This document shows, one piece after another, positions 9,224-19,200 of a stretch of DNA of 32,000 nucleotides. Made by a program: the position numbers and the translations under genes. The notes beneath the pieces were generated by a model. It saw only the letters and a list, made by a program, of their open reading frames with translations, searched no databases and was not told the origin of the DNA. Positions within the stretch are counted from its first letter, which is position 1. The number at the start of each line of letters is the position of its first letter. This stretch comes from an archaeon (lineage in GTDB: Archaea > Iainarchaeota > Iainarchaeia > Iainarchaeales > 1-14-0-10-31-34), in assembly GCA_024277355.1 (NCBI GenBank), contig JAJRVL010000001.1, forward strand, positions 60,001-92,000, in the 5' to 3' direction.

Positions 9224-9445
9224 ATGAAAGAATTAGAAGAAATAGACGAAAAACAGACAAGAAAAATGATTAAAAAATTAGAGAACTTGATTGTTTCAAG
9301 AGAAGAAATGCATAAACTCAGACAGCAGGCAGGAAAACTTAAAGCTATTGATTCAAAAGAAAAACTTTATTCTCAGGCAGAAAAAATAAAACACCAGATT
9401 GAAGACTTAAAAGTACCAAGTCTTGAAGCATTAGAAGAAGATTAA
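9224..9445 (+). CDS. Small coiled-coil hypothetical protein
   Basis: 73-aa highly charged helical ORF, immediately upstream of and co-directional with the DUF192 gene (1-nt gap). Confidence 0.6.
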   Translation: MKELEEIDEKQTRKMIKKLENLIVSREEMHKLRQQAGKLKAIDSKEKLYSQAEKIKHQIEDLKVPSLEALEED

Positions 9446-9446
9446 A

Positions 9447-9797
9447 ATGCTTTATAATAAAACTACAAAACAAAAAATAACTGAAAAAATAAAAATAGCT
9501 GATTCTTTCTGGAAAAAATTTAAAGGACTAATGTTTTCAAGTGAACCAGATTATGCTTTAATTTTTGAATTAGAAAAAGAAGGAAAATTAAATGCAAGCA
9601 TCCATATGCTGTTTGTTTTTTATGCAATTGATGTAGTTTATTTAGATTCAAACAAAAAAGTTGTTGATATTAAACTTAATTTAAAGCCTTGGGCATTAAA
9701 TTATACTCCAAAAAAACCTTCAAAATATTTTATTGAATTTTTAGCTGGAACAATCAAAGAAAAAATTGCATTAAATGACGAATTAAATTGGAGTTAA
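9447..9797 (+). CDS. DUF192 family protein
   Basis: KIADSFWKKFKGLMF...SIHMLFVFYAIDVVYLDSNKKVVDIKLNLKPW...YFIEFLAGTIKE matches the DUF192 pattern. Confidence 0.85.
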   Translation: MLYNKTTKQKITEKIKIADSFWKKFKGLMFSSEPDYALIFELEKEGKLNASIHMLFVFYAIDVVYLDSNKKVVDIKLNLKPWALNYTPKKPSKYFIEFLAGTIKEKIALNDELNWS

Positions 9798-9805
9798 AAA
9801 AGAAA

Positions 9806-9828
9806 GAGGAAAGTTTAGAACTTTCCTC
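9806..9828. terminator. Perfect 10-bp hairpin with 3-nt loop between converging genes; followed by a T-rich run when read on the minus strand
   Basis: GAGGAAAGTT (9806-9815)-TAG-AACTTTCCTC (9819-9828); minus strand continues TTTCTTTTTT. Confidence 0.5.
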
Positions 9829-9968
9829 CTTTGCCTTTTGTTGTCTTCCTTTGCAGAATCCGGGGCGATATACCCGCCAATAATAAGACTTTTTTATTTA
9901 ATAATCTTTCGTTGTTTGAAATTCAAACAAAAAATAACAAAAAAACAGGGGTTTCCTAAGAATAACTG

Positions 9969-10355
9969 TTATTCTGCTTCAGGTTGGGGATCAAAAGCAC
10001 CAAAAGTAGCACTAATAAAATGCCATACCAATATTGCATATAAAACATAAATAATTAAATAAAAGAAAGGGCTTGACAATCCAAATAAAGCTGCAATACC
10101 AATAAATAAGATAAGAGCAGGAGTTGAAGCAAAAAATTTTACTCCGGTAAGCAAATCCCAGCAAAAAACAAGAATAATTGAAACAAAAAAATTGTCAATA
10201 AACTTAAATATTAAAAGAAAACCAACAATTACTGCAAGCCAGTAAAATCTTTTTCCTTTACTCATAACAATAGTAAGCAAAATAATTATCCAGAAAAGAA
10301 TCCAAATCCAAATATTAAATACTTCAAGGAAACCGGCAAAAACCTGTGAAACCAT
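9969..10355 (-). CDS. Small multi-TM hypothetical membrane protein (related to 13589-13972)
   Basis: 128-aa hydrophobic ORF; FFVSIILVFCWDLLTGVKFFAS...SSPFFYLIIYVLYAI. Confidence 0.65.
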   Translation of the reverse strand: MVSQVFAGFLEVFNIWIWILFWIIILLTIVMSKGKRFYWLAVIVGFLLIFKFIDNFFVSIILVFCWDLLTGVKFFASTPALILFIGIAALFGLSSPFFYLIIYVLYAILVWHFISATFGAFDPQPEAE

Positions 10356-10446
10356 AAAAAATACTTATACATAAAAGTTTTTAAAGTGTTTTTTAGGGAA
10401 TTGACGAAGGAAATCAGTTTTAATAATATTATTTTTGAATTTTTGA

Positions 10447-11874
10447 ATGAAATACAAAAGTGAAGAAAAATTAGGTTTTACATTAAAGAATTTTCCTGAA
10501 AAAAGAAAAAAAAGAATAATAGAAAAAAAGGATTATATTGAATTAATTCAGGATTTTAACGGGGAATTAATTTATTTAATTACTGTTATTCCGGAATTTT
10601 CTATTGAAGAAACAGAAATAATTAACAGAATTGTTGAACAAATACAAAAAAAAGAAAATAAAATAAATAAAGATGATATTCAAAGAGAAATAAATTTTTT
10701 TTGTGAAAAAGAATGGATTAAATTAGAAGAAAAACAAGAGTATTTTATTAATAAAACAGTTGAATCAATTGTTTTTGGTTTCGGAGCAATTGATTTTTTA
10801 TTAAAAGATAATTCCATTGAAGAAATAAGTGTAATTGGAACAAAAAAACCAGTTTTTGTTTTCAAAAAAAATTTCGGCTGGATTAAAACAAATTTATTTT
10901 ATTTTTTAGAAGAAAACATAATTAATTTAGCAAACAAAATGTCAAGGACAATTGGAAGAAGATTAACTTTACAGAATCCTAAATTAAATTCAGTTCTTCC
11001 AAACGGAGAAAGAATTAATGCAGTAATGCCTCCTGTTTCTTCTTCTCCTGCTATAACAATAAGAAAATTCAAAGAAAAGCCTTTTACGCCTGTTGAATTA
11101 ATTGAAAACAAGACTTTTAATTCAGAGTTAATGAGTTTTTTGTGGTTAGCTTTGCAGACTGATTCAAGTATTTTAATTGCAGGAAATACAGGAAGCGGAA
11201 AAACAACTTCAATGAATGCATTATTTTCTTTTGTTGATAAAAAAGAAAGAATTATTGTAACAGAAGAAACACCTGAAATTGTTTTGCCGCAAAAACATGT
11301 AATTAAACTTGCTACATCCGACAATCTTGGAACAGGAATGCAGGAATTAATTATTAATACTTTAAGAATGAGGCCTGACAGAATTATTGTCGGAGAAATA
11401 AGAGAAAAAAAAGAAGCAAAAGCATTTATTGACACTTTACTTGCAGGACAAGGAAAAGGAAGTTATGCTACTTTTCATGCATTAACAGGAAACGAATGCA
11501 TTACAAGAATGAAGAATTTAGGTTTAATGGAAATGGATTTGAATTCAATTGACTTAATTTTAGTGCAAAAAAGATGGAATTCAATTGACTTAAAAAAAGG
11601 AATAAAAAAAGAGCAAAGACATTTAATTGAAGCAAGCGAAACACTGAATTACAAAGGAAAAGTAATGCTTAACACTTTATTTGAATTTGATTTTCAGAAA
11701 AGAAAACTAATTAAAAAAAATGAAAGTTTAAGAGTTAAAAACAAAATAAAACAATGTTTTTCATTTAATGAAAAAGAATACAAAAATGAAATAAAAAAAA
11801 GAAAAAAACTTCTTGAACAAATGAAAGGCAAAAATATTTCATTAAATGAATTCCATGAAAAAATTAGTTTTTAG
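10447..11874 (+). CDS. Type II/IV secretion system ATPase (TadA/FlaI/VirB11-like)
   Basis: Walker A ILIAGNTGSGKTTSMNALFSF, EETPEI, RMRPDRIIVGEIREKKEAKAFIDTLLAGQGKGSYATFHA. Confidence 0.9.
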   Translation: MKYKSEEKLGFTLKNFPEKRKKRIIEKKDYIELIQDFNGELIYLITVIPEFSIEETEIINRIVEQIQKKENKINKDDIQREINFFCEKEWIKLEEKQEYFINKTVESIVFGFGAIDFLLKDNSIEEISVIGTKKPVFVFKKNFGWIKTNLFYFLEENIINLANKMSRTIGRRLTLQNPKLNSVLPNGERINAVMPPVSSSPAITIRKFKEKPFTPVELIENKTFNSELMSFLWLALQTDSSILIAGNTGSGKTTSMNALFSFVDKKERIIVTEETPEIVLPQKHVIKLATSDNLGTGMQELIINTLRMRPDRIIVGEIREKKEAKAFIDTLLAGQGKGSYATFHALTGNECITRMKNLGLMEMDLNSIDLILVQKRWNSIDLKKGIKKEQRHLIEASETLNYKGKVMLNTLFEFDFQKRKLIKKNESLRVKNKIKQCFSFNEKEYKNEIKKRKKLLEQMKGKNISLNEFHEKISF

Positions 11875-12668
11875 TGAAAAAAATGAATGCAATTGTTTTA
11901 GCAAAAGAAAAAGAACTAAAAAAAGCAGGAATTGATTTAACAGAAAAAGAATTCAGTGAAAAAGCATTAAAATATTCACTTGTTTTTTCTGCTGTGTCAA
12001 TAATCAGTGTTTTTGCTTTAACTGAAATAATTACTGCTTTAATTTCAGGAATAATTGCTTTTGTTTCAGGCATTTTAATTTCAGTTAAAATTCCTTTAAT
12101 AATTAAAAAAAGAAAAGCAAAAAAAGTTGAAAAACACTTAGCTTTTGCGTTAATGGCAATGTCAGTTGAATTAAATATTAATCTGTCTTTTGAAAAAATA
12201 CTGAAAAATCTTTCAGAAAATTACGGTGAATTTTCTTTTGAAATAAAAAAAGCAGTAAAAGAAATTGAATCAGGAGCAACAATACAGGAAGGATTATTTA
12301 ATTTAAGCGAAAGAATTGACTCAAAAATGCTGAAAAGAAGCATTTCTCAAATAATAAGCATTTATGAGCATGGTTCAGAAGAAAAAGGAGAACCAATAAA
12401 ACAATTAGCTAAAGAACTTCTTTCAAGACAGAAAACTGAAGCAAAAGAATTTACTGCAAAAATGATAATGTATTCAGTTGTATTTATTGTTTTATCTGCA
12501 ATAATTCCTGCAATGTTTCAGGCATTTATAATTATTGGAAGCAGTTTTATGGAATTAGATTTTAAGGCACTTGATATTCTGCTTATTACAACAATTCTTT
12601 TTCCTTTGATTAATTTAATAGTTTTATTTATGATAAGAAACCAGACTCCTGAATTCTTAAAGGGATGA
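11874..12668 (+). CDS. Type II secretion system F-domain (TadB-like) platform membrane protein
   Basis: TM-cytoplasmic-TM layout with LAFALMAMSVELNINLSFEKILKNLSENYGEFSFEIKKAVKEIESGATIQEGLFNLSERIDSKMLKRSISQII; start codon overlaps the ATPase stop by 1 nt. Confidence 0.75.
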   Translation: MKKMNAIVLAKEKELKKAGIDLTEKEFSEKALKYSLVFSAVSIISVFALTEIITALISGIIAFVSGILISVKIPLIIKKRKAKKVEKHLAFALMAMSVELNINLSFEKILKNLSENYGEFSFEIKKAVKEIESGATIQEGLFNLSERIDSKMLKRSISQIISIYEHGSEEKGEPIKQLAKELLSRQKTEAKEFTAKMIMYSVVFIVLSAIIPAMFQAFIIIGSSFMELDFKALDILLITTILFPLINLIVLFMIRNQTPEFLKG

Positions 12669-13585
12669 AAATGAAGGAAGAAATATTAAATGAAGTTTTA
12701 GGGGAAAAACTAACTGAATTTAATTTTATTTTAAAAGAAAATAATTCAAAGAAAACAGCAGAAGAGTTAATTAAATTATATTTTGTTTCAGGACTTTCTT
12801 TTGCAATTCTTTCAATCGGGGTTTCTTTTGTTTTTGAATTTAATTCAGTTAATTCATTTATTTTTTTTGTTTTGTGTTTTGTTTTGCCGGGGTTGCTTCA
12901 TTATTTTTTCTATATATTCTTGTTTGAAAAAAACAAAAAAGAAAAAGAAAAAGAAATTCCTGATGTACTGCTTCAGGCAGGCATTTTTCCTAAAGGCACT
13001 TCAATACTAAAAATAATAAAATATATTTCTCAGTCAGATTATGCTGTTTCAAAAGAATTCAATAAAGCATTAAATGAAATACAAAAAGGAAAAAGCACTG
13101 AAAATGCATTAAAAGGAATAAGTTTCAGATGTAAAAGCGAAATAATTTCAAGAGCAATAAATCTGTTAATTCAGGGAAATAAATCAGGAGCAGAAATGAA
13201 TAAAGTTTTCAGGGAAACCGCAGAAGACATTCTTGAAACACAATCAATAATAAAAGAAAGAATTGCTTCAACTTTAATACAAAAATACACTTTGGTTTTA
13301 GCAGGAGGAATAATTGTTCCTGCATTGCTTGGATTAATTACAGGTTTTATTAATGAAATGAACTTTATAGGAATAAGTGAATTAGGATTAGGAATGAATT
13401 CAATTGAAAGACAAAAAATAATTGAAGTTTCATTTAATGCAAATCAAATTTATATTTTAGAGTATGCGGTTATTGCTTCAGTTTTTATTGCACAGCAGGA
13501 AGGCAACACAAAAAAAGCATTAGTTTATTCTTTAATTTTAATTCCTTTAGGAATCATTTGCTATAATTTTGCATTGCTTTTGTAA
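12665..13585 (+). CDS. Second type II secretion system F-domain (TadC-like) platform membrane protein
   Basis: DVLLQAGIFPKGTSILKIIKYISQSDYAVSKEFNKALNEIQKGKSTENALKGISFRCKSEIISRAINLLIQGNKSGAEMNKVFRETAEDI; overlaps the upstream gene by 4 nt. Confidence 0.75.
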   Translation: MKMKEEILNEVLGEKLTEFNFILKENNSKKTAEELIKLYFVSGLSFAILSIGVSFVFEFNSVNSFIFFVLCFVLPGLLHYFFYIFLFEKNKKEKEKEIPDVLLQAGIFPKGTSILKIIKYISQSDYAVSKEFNKALNEIQKGKSTENALKGISFRCKSEIISRAINLLIQGNKSGAEMNKVFRETAEDILETQSIIKERIASTLIQKYTLVLAGGIIVPALLGLITGFINEMNFIGISELGLGMNSIERQKIIEVSFNANQIYILEYAVIASVFIAQQEGNTKKALVYSLILIPLGIICYNFALLL

Positions 13586-13588
13586 GCA

Positions 13589-13972
13589 TTATGTTTTTAG
13601 TTTTGAAAAACTTGATAAAATAAAATTAGATAAAGTAATAATATAAAGAACAAATGCAAGCATATAAAAAAATGGATTAGAGTAATCCAAAAAAAACATT
13701 ATTATGAAAAGTATGTAAAGAATTTCTTTTGAAACAAAATATTTTACTCCAATAAAAACAAACCAGATTGTAATTAAAGTAGTTGAAAGAAAAAAATCCT
13801 GAACAAAATGTAAAATCAATAAATAGCCTGCAAGAACTACAATGAAATGAATTCTTTCCATTCCTTTAGTTGTAAAAAAATTTATTGCAATTGCAGCATA
13901 AACCAAAAACTGCACAATTAATTTAAATCCTTCTAAAGCCAGTTCAAATAATTCAGTCATAAAAAAAAACAC
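13589..13972 (-). CDS. Small multi-TM hypothetical membrane protein (related to 9969-10355)
   Basis: 127-aa hydrophobic ORF; FFLSTTLITIWFVFIGVKYFVS...SNPFFYMLAFVLYII. Confidence 0.65.
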   Translation of the reverse strand: MFFFMTELFELALEGFKLIVQFLVYAAIAINFFTTKGMERIHFIVVLAGYLLILHFVQDFFLSTTLITIWFVFIGVKYFVSKEILYILFIIMFFLDYSNPFFYMLAFVLYIITLSNFILSSFSKLKT

Positions 13973-13986
13973 TAACCTAATTTAGA

Positions 13987-14637
13987 TTAATCTTTCAAAA
14001 CCCCGAGTATTTTACTGATGTTTTTTAAGTCCCTTAAATTAATCTGTTTCATTATCTTTAACGCAGTTTTTTGTTCTTGAGTAAGTTTTCTTGATTTTTC
14101 TTTTTCTATTTTTTTAAGCAGAAACAATTCATCTGCAAGAATATCTCCAAATTGCCTAAATATGTTTTTTTCAATCGATTTTCTTGGATGATTAATTAAA
14201 AGTTTCTGAATTTTCTTTTTTGAAGCTCTAATTGAATTATCTAATTCAATTAATTCAGGTTCAAGAGACAAAATATGCCTTCTATTTTGTGCAAATTTTT
14301 CTACATAATCTTCAATTAGAAATAGTTTTTTAGCGTCAACTGCTTTCATTCTTCTGATTACTTCCTTTTTTAGTTCAACTGAAGTGAATTTTCTTTTATT
14401 TTTTGGGGATTTAAATTCAGGGTAAAACTGAAGCAATGTATTAAAAAGAATTTCAGACGAAGCAGTTGAACCAGGAAACCACGAACCCATAACTTGATTA
14501 ATTTCTAACGTTGTTCTTTTTAGGTCAGCCCATCTTCCCATTTTTTTAATTAAATTTTTAGATACTTTTTTCGAAGTTCTTTCTGCAGACTTAGCGCCTC
14601 TTTTTGTATTTGGATTTTTCCAGATTCTTTTAACCAT
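13987..14637 (-). CDS. Hypothetical basic cytoplasmic protein
   Basis: 216-aa ORF, highly charged, no recognised domain. Confidence 0.6.
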   Translation of the reverse strand: MVKRIWKNPNTKRGAKSAERTSKKVSKNLIKKMGRWADLKRTTLEINQVMGSWFPGSTASSEILFNTLLQFYPEFKSPKNKRKFTSVELKKEVIRRMKAVDAKKLFLIEDYVEKFAQNRRHILSLEPELIELDNSIRASKKKIQKLLINHPRKSIEKNIFRQFGDILADELFLLKKIEKEKSRKLTQEQKTALKIMKQINLRDLKNISKILGVLKD

Positions 14638-14744
14638 AACAAACTACAAAATAATGTCTTTTTCAATATTTAAAAATATCAGAAACAAAAAAAAACATAA
14701 TTTAATAAACACTAATACTCTTTTTTATCTGAAAAGGTGAAATT

Positions 14745-15491
14745 ATGAGTAATGATTCTAAAATTGAATTTAAAGAAAATACTCCTGTAAATTTTTCAGG
14801 TTATACTTTAATTGAAGGATTTCCAGGAATGGGCTTAGTTGGAACTATTGGCGCAAAATATTTAGCAGAAAAATTAGGTTTTGAAGAAATAGGTTATATT
14901 GACACAAATATTTTTATTCCAATAATAAGAATCCATAAAGGCGTACCAATCAACCCTTCAAGAATTTATGCAAACAAAGAAAAAAAATTAGCTATAATTA
15001 TTTCTGAACAGATTATTCCAAGATATTACACTGAAAGAATGGCTAAAGCAATAGTTGAATGGATTGAAGAAAACAATTTTGCAAAATTAATTTCATTAGA
15101 AGGAATTAATGCAGGCGAAAAAGGACAAAATAAAATTTATGGAATAGCTTCAAATAAAAAATCACTTGAATTACTGGAAAAATATAAAGTTCAGCCAATA
15201 AAAGAAGGAATAACAACAGGAATAACTTCATTGATTTTACTGGAACTTAAAAAAAATGAAAACTTTGAAGCAATAAGTTTATTAGGAAATGTTAATTTGC
15301 AGGCAGACTATAAGTCAGCTGCAGCAATAATAAAAAAAATAGCTGAAATAATTTCAGTTGAAATTGATACAGCTCCATTATTAACTGAAGCAAAAAAAAC
15401 AGAAAAAGAATTATTAAACCATTTACAGCAACTCAAAAAAACAGTTGGAAAAGTAGACAAATTTGAAGGCCAAACCCCAATGTACACATAA
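14745..15491 (+). CDS. PAC2 family (proteasome assembly chaperone-like) protein
   Basis: TLIEGFPGMGLVGTIGAKYLAEKLGFEEIGYIDTNIFIPIIRIHKGVPINPSRIYANKEKKLAIIISEQIIP...YGIASNKKSLELLEKYKVQPIKEGITTGITSLILLE. Confidence 0.88.
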   Translation: MSNDSKIEFKENTPVNFSGYTLIEGFPGMGLVGTIGAKYLAEKLGFEEIGYIDTNIFIPIIRIHKGVPINPSRIYANKEKKLAIIISEQIIPRYYTERMAKAIVEWIEENNFAKLISLEGINAGEKGQNKIYGIASNKKSLELLEKYKVQPIKEGITTGITSLILLELKKNENFEAISLLGNVNLQADYKSAAAIIKKIAEIISVEIDTAPLLTEAKKTEKELLNHLQQLKKTVGKVDKFEGQTPMYT

Positions 15492-15532
15492 AATTAATAA
15501 AAACAAAAGGACTAATTAAATCAGGGAAAAAT

Positions 15533-16252
15533 ATGTCTGGACATGGACCTGCAAAAAGAAAAATTCCAATAGCATACGAAAAAAGAAAAAAAACTTCAAT
15601 GAAAAAAATCTTTGAAGAAGAACTGCTTAAACACCAGCAAAAAAAAGCAGCAGAAAAAGAATCAAATATAAGGCAGGAAATAAAACAAACTTTAAGCAAT
15701 ATTGATGCATTAAATGAAGCAATAAAATTCAGGAAATTTGTAATGCTAAGCCAGAATAATAAAGCATTTAGAAAGCAAATGGGGTTATATACTTTAAAAG
15801 AAATAGAAAAACTGAAAAAGAATCCAACAGCATATAAAGAAGCAAAAGCAGAAGCAAAAAAAGCAAATGAAAAATGGAAAAACAATGATTCAGCTTTTAT
15901 GAAAAAATGGGAAACAGAAGCAAAAATAATTGAAAGAAAATTCCCTGCAATGAAAAGAAAAATGAATGCAGATATTCACGGTGGAAAATTAGATACAATT
16001 ATTGAAAAATTAATGAAAGCAACAGGGTGGCAATTAATTACAAGAGACAATGCAGTCAAAGAAGGGCTTCCGTTTAATTTTGGCATACTAAAAGAAGTTC
16101 CGCCTTTATTTGCACAATATCGGGAATGGAAAGGAATAAACAAATGGCAGGATAAAGCAAACGACGAAATAATTTTAAATCGAATGAAAGGAAAACTTGA
16201 ATATTACAAAGAACAAAAAAAGAAAAGAAAAAGTTCAGCTGAAAGATTTTAA
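15533..16252 (+). CDS. Hypothetical highly charged protein
   Basis: 239-aa K/E-rich ORF; convergent with, and overlapping by 4 nt, the 16249-20775 gene. Confidence 0.65.
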   Translation: MSGHGPAKRKIPIAYEKRKKTSMKKIFEEELLKHQQKKAAEKESNIRQEIKQTLSNIDALNEAIKFRKFVMLSQNNKAFRKQMGLYTLKEIEKLKKNPTAYKEAKAEAKKANEKWKNNDSAFMKKWETEAKIIERKFPAMKRKMNADIHGGKLDTIIEKLMKATGWQLITRDNAVKEGLPFNFGILKEVPPLFAQYREWKGINKWQDKANDEIILNRMKGKLEYYKEQKKKRKSSAERF

Positions 16253-19200
16253 TTTTTTTTAAAATTAAACTGAACAAACAGCATAAAAGAAACTAACCCT
16301 AAAACAAACAACAATAATGCAATTCCTTCAGGCATTGAAGGCAAATTAAAAGGATTATTGGCTGTTTTATCATTAATATTAATATTCATAAGATTTTGTC
16401 CTGGAATAGATTTAACATTTCCTTCTGAATCAACTGTAGTTTTAATTCCCTGCTGTCTGAATAAATCAAGTAAAGGTAAAAGCTGAGCGTTTTCTGAATA
16501 CCACATTCCTTTTTCAGGATCATACCATAAACTTCCGTTTTTTCCGTTAACTGTTCTGAGTAATTCTTTTATTCCATTATAATCAAGGAAAGGCCTTCCG
16601 TTTTCAGTTGAAAAACCAAAGTCATGTGTTTGTCCATCAGAAGTCTTAACTTCAAATCCATCAGTAGTTGAAGTTAAAGAATCAATTGCATCATCATAAA
16701 TTATTTCTCCTGTTTCATTGTTAATAATTTTCATTCTTTTAATGCAGTCTTTATCTTCATAAAACACATAAGTTTTTTTATCTGTTTTAAATATATTAAA
16801 CGGCCCCATTTTATCCAAAGACTTGTTAAATAATTTTGCTTTTTCCTGTTTTAATGGAGATTCAGAGTCTCCTAAAACACTTAAATCAAAAGCATATTCT
16901 TCACAGCCAGTAACAGAATTAATTTCAGTTTTAGGATTAACTTTTAAACCAAAAACATCATTTTGTTCTAATTTTCCGTTTTCATGATGCTTTAACCAGA
17001 AAATAAGCTGGTTAGTTGATTTTTTATATAAAATAAACCCATTATCAAAATAAATTGCTTTAACTAAACCAATTTCTGGATCATTGTCTTTTGAATTCAA
17101 TAATTTAACGCTTCTGTCAGCATAAACTTCTAATGAAGGATTATTAAATGCAACTTTTCTTGGAACTCCTTCAGCAATAATTTGTCCTTTCTGGACAAAC
17201 ACGCTTGGATGCGAAGTAGTTTTTAATTCCCTGAATTTTCCAAAAGCTTCACTTAAATTATTTGAATTTAATGGAAGGCCAGTTTGTTTTTTTACTCCGT
17301 CTTTAATGCAATTTAATAAACCTGAATCAGTTATAATTAAATCAGCTGTTTCTCCGCTTGCAGAAAGTTTTAATTCAAAAATTAATTCATTTGGGTTGCC
17401 GCTTAAAGTTACTTTAGTTAAATCATTTGGGTATTCAACTGCAGGAATACTTAAATCAGTTGAAGCCATTCTTACATTATCTTCTGAAGTTAAAATTTCT
17501 TTTCCATCAACAATTAATTTTCCTTTTTCATTATCTGAAACAACTTCCTGTCCATTAGTTCCTTTCATTACTGTTTTTCCTTCAGTTTTGTATTCTGCCG
17601 GATCAATTTGTGTTCCTCCTTCAGCCCAAAAATAAAACAATCTGATTCCGGTTAACATTCCTCTTGAAAAACCAAAAGAATCAAATGTTGCCTGAACTAA
17701 ATCAGAACTTTTTGCGCCTCCTGAAAGAGAATCTAATTCTCTTGAAATATTTGAAACTGCATCTTTAGTTATTGTTCCTGTTCCAGTTAAAACTTCTTCC
17801 ATTTGAGCTGAAGCATTATCAATTATATTAGCAACTTTTTGAGTTGAATATTCAACTGTATCTTCTTTTGGAGATTCTTTTTCTTTAACTGCAGGAACAA
17901 AAAAATGAGTATAATATCCTTCAGTTGTATCAATACAATCCTGCAATTCAGCTGCAACAACAAACTGCTGTATCGCACTCCCAATTGCTCCACCCATTCC
18001 AAAAGCCAAATAACCAGCTGACTCAACTAACGCCAAATAATTTCCCGGATTAATTCCATATTCATTTGCAAAACCAACACCATAACCAACTCTTTCAATT
18101 GCATCCTCACAAGTTAATTTTTCTTTTATTGATTCAGCTAACTTAATGTCTTTTGGTTCACCTTCAGGGCTTTGACCTTTCAAATCCATATGATGAGCAT
18201 AATTAATTAACGTTGCACCGTTCTCCATTTCATCTTTTGGAGTGTCTTCTAATACAATAGAAGAAGTTTTATTTGATGATTTAAAAAAAGCACTAAAATC
18301 ATTTTTTGACTGAGAATTCAAAGTTATTCCGCAATTAACACAGTTTTCTGAAGTATTAGAATATATTGCAATATTTCCAACTTTAGTTCTTAATCCTCCG
18401 TCAGGTTTAGTTAATCTGTCATATTGTTCTTTTACTGGATTAAATTTATCTGAAACCACATTTAAAACATACTTCCAAGGCATATTATCAATTACTCTTG
18501 AAAATAAATCTCCTTGATCTGAACCAGCATTAGCAAAAAAATCAATAAAAGAATCATCATAAAGTTTTTCGTTTCCAGAAGAATAATTAACTGTACGCCA
18601 GGTTTCAGGCAGCATATAAGCACTTAATTCTTCTACTCCAAAGCCTCTTTTTGCCTGCCAGTAAACATAAGGAACAGCAGTATATTTTGCTGCTCCGCCG
18701 ACAGTTCTAAAATAAGCATTAGCTAATCTTTCTTCATTTGCAAACACTTTATCCATTGCATTAAAATATTTTCTTTCAGCCCAGTTTCTTTCCCTTAAAG
18801 AAGTCCATAATTGATTAGACATCATATGAGTTTTTTGTACTCTGTTTGTAGCCCAGCCGGATAATTTGTCTCCCATTTCCCAGGGTTCTAATACTCTATC
18901 TTTAACCCATCCGCCGGTATACAAATTAATTGGACCAGGAGGACTTCTTTCAAGAATCATATCAATTGAACCTTCTTCAACTGGAAGATAACCTTCACCT
19001 TCCATTTTAGCAAACAATTCAGTTGTTTCTCCTTTTGCAACCATATGCTTTAATTCTTCTGGTTCAATATGGCCGTAAGGTCTTCCTGCTTTAACTCGGT
19101 ATAAAACTAATCCATCCCCTGCAGTTTCATATCTGCTCCAATTAGCAAAAGTTCCAGGACGATAATCTCTTACTGTTTTTCCTGCAAATTCATATTTTGG

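Noticed and set aside
9803-9896. Strings GAGGAAAG and CAGAATCCGG on the + strand recall conserved RNase P RNA segments (CR-I and CR-V).
   Set aside because: The region is only ~90 nt, GAGGAAAGTT pairs perfectly with its own neighbour rather than a distal strand, no partner for the expected P4 pairing is present, and the specificity domain is missing. Kept only as a generic structured element.
9838-10050. 70-aa + strand ORF overlapping the intergenic hairpins and the end of the membrane-protein gene.
   Set aside because: Mostly intergenic plus antisense sequence, with no coherent composition or RBS.
10680-12073. Minus-strand ORFs inside the ATPase/TadB genes (10680-10865, 10899-11435, 11864-12073).
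   Set aside because: Antisense to genes with clear Walker A and secretion-family motifs; translations show no family features.
15433-15885. 150-aa minus-strand ORF overlapping the 15533-16252 gene.
   Set aside because: Phe/Ser-rich composition is an antisense artefact of a lysine/glutamate-rich gene; no start-signal or domain support.
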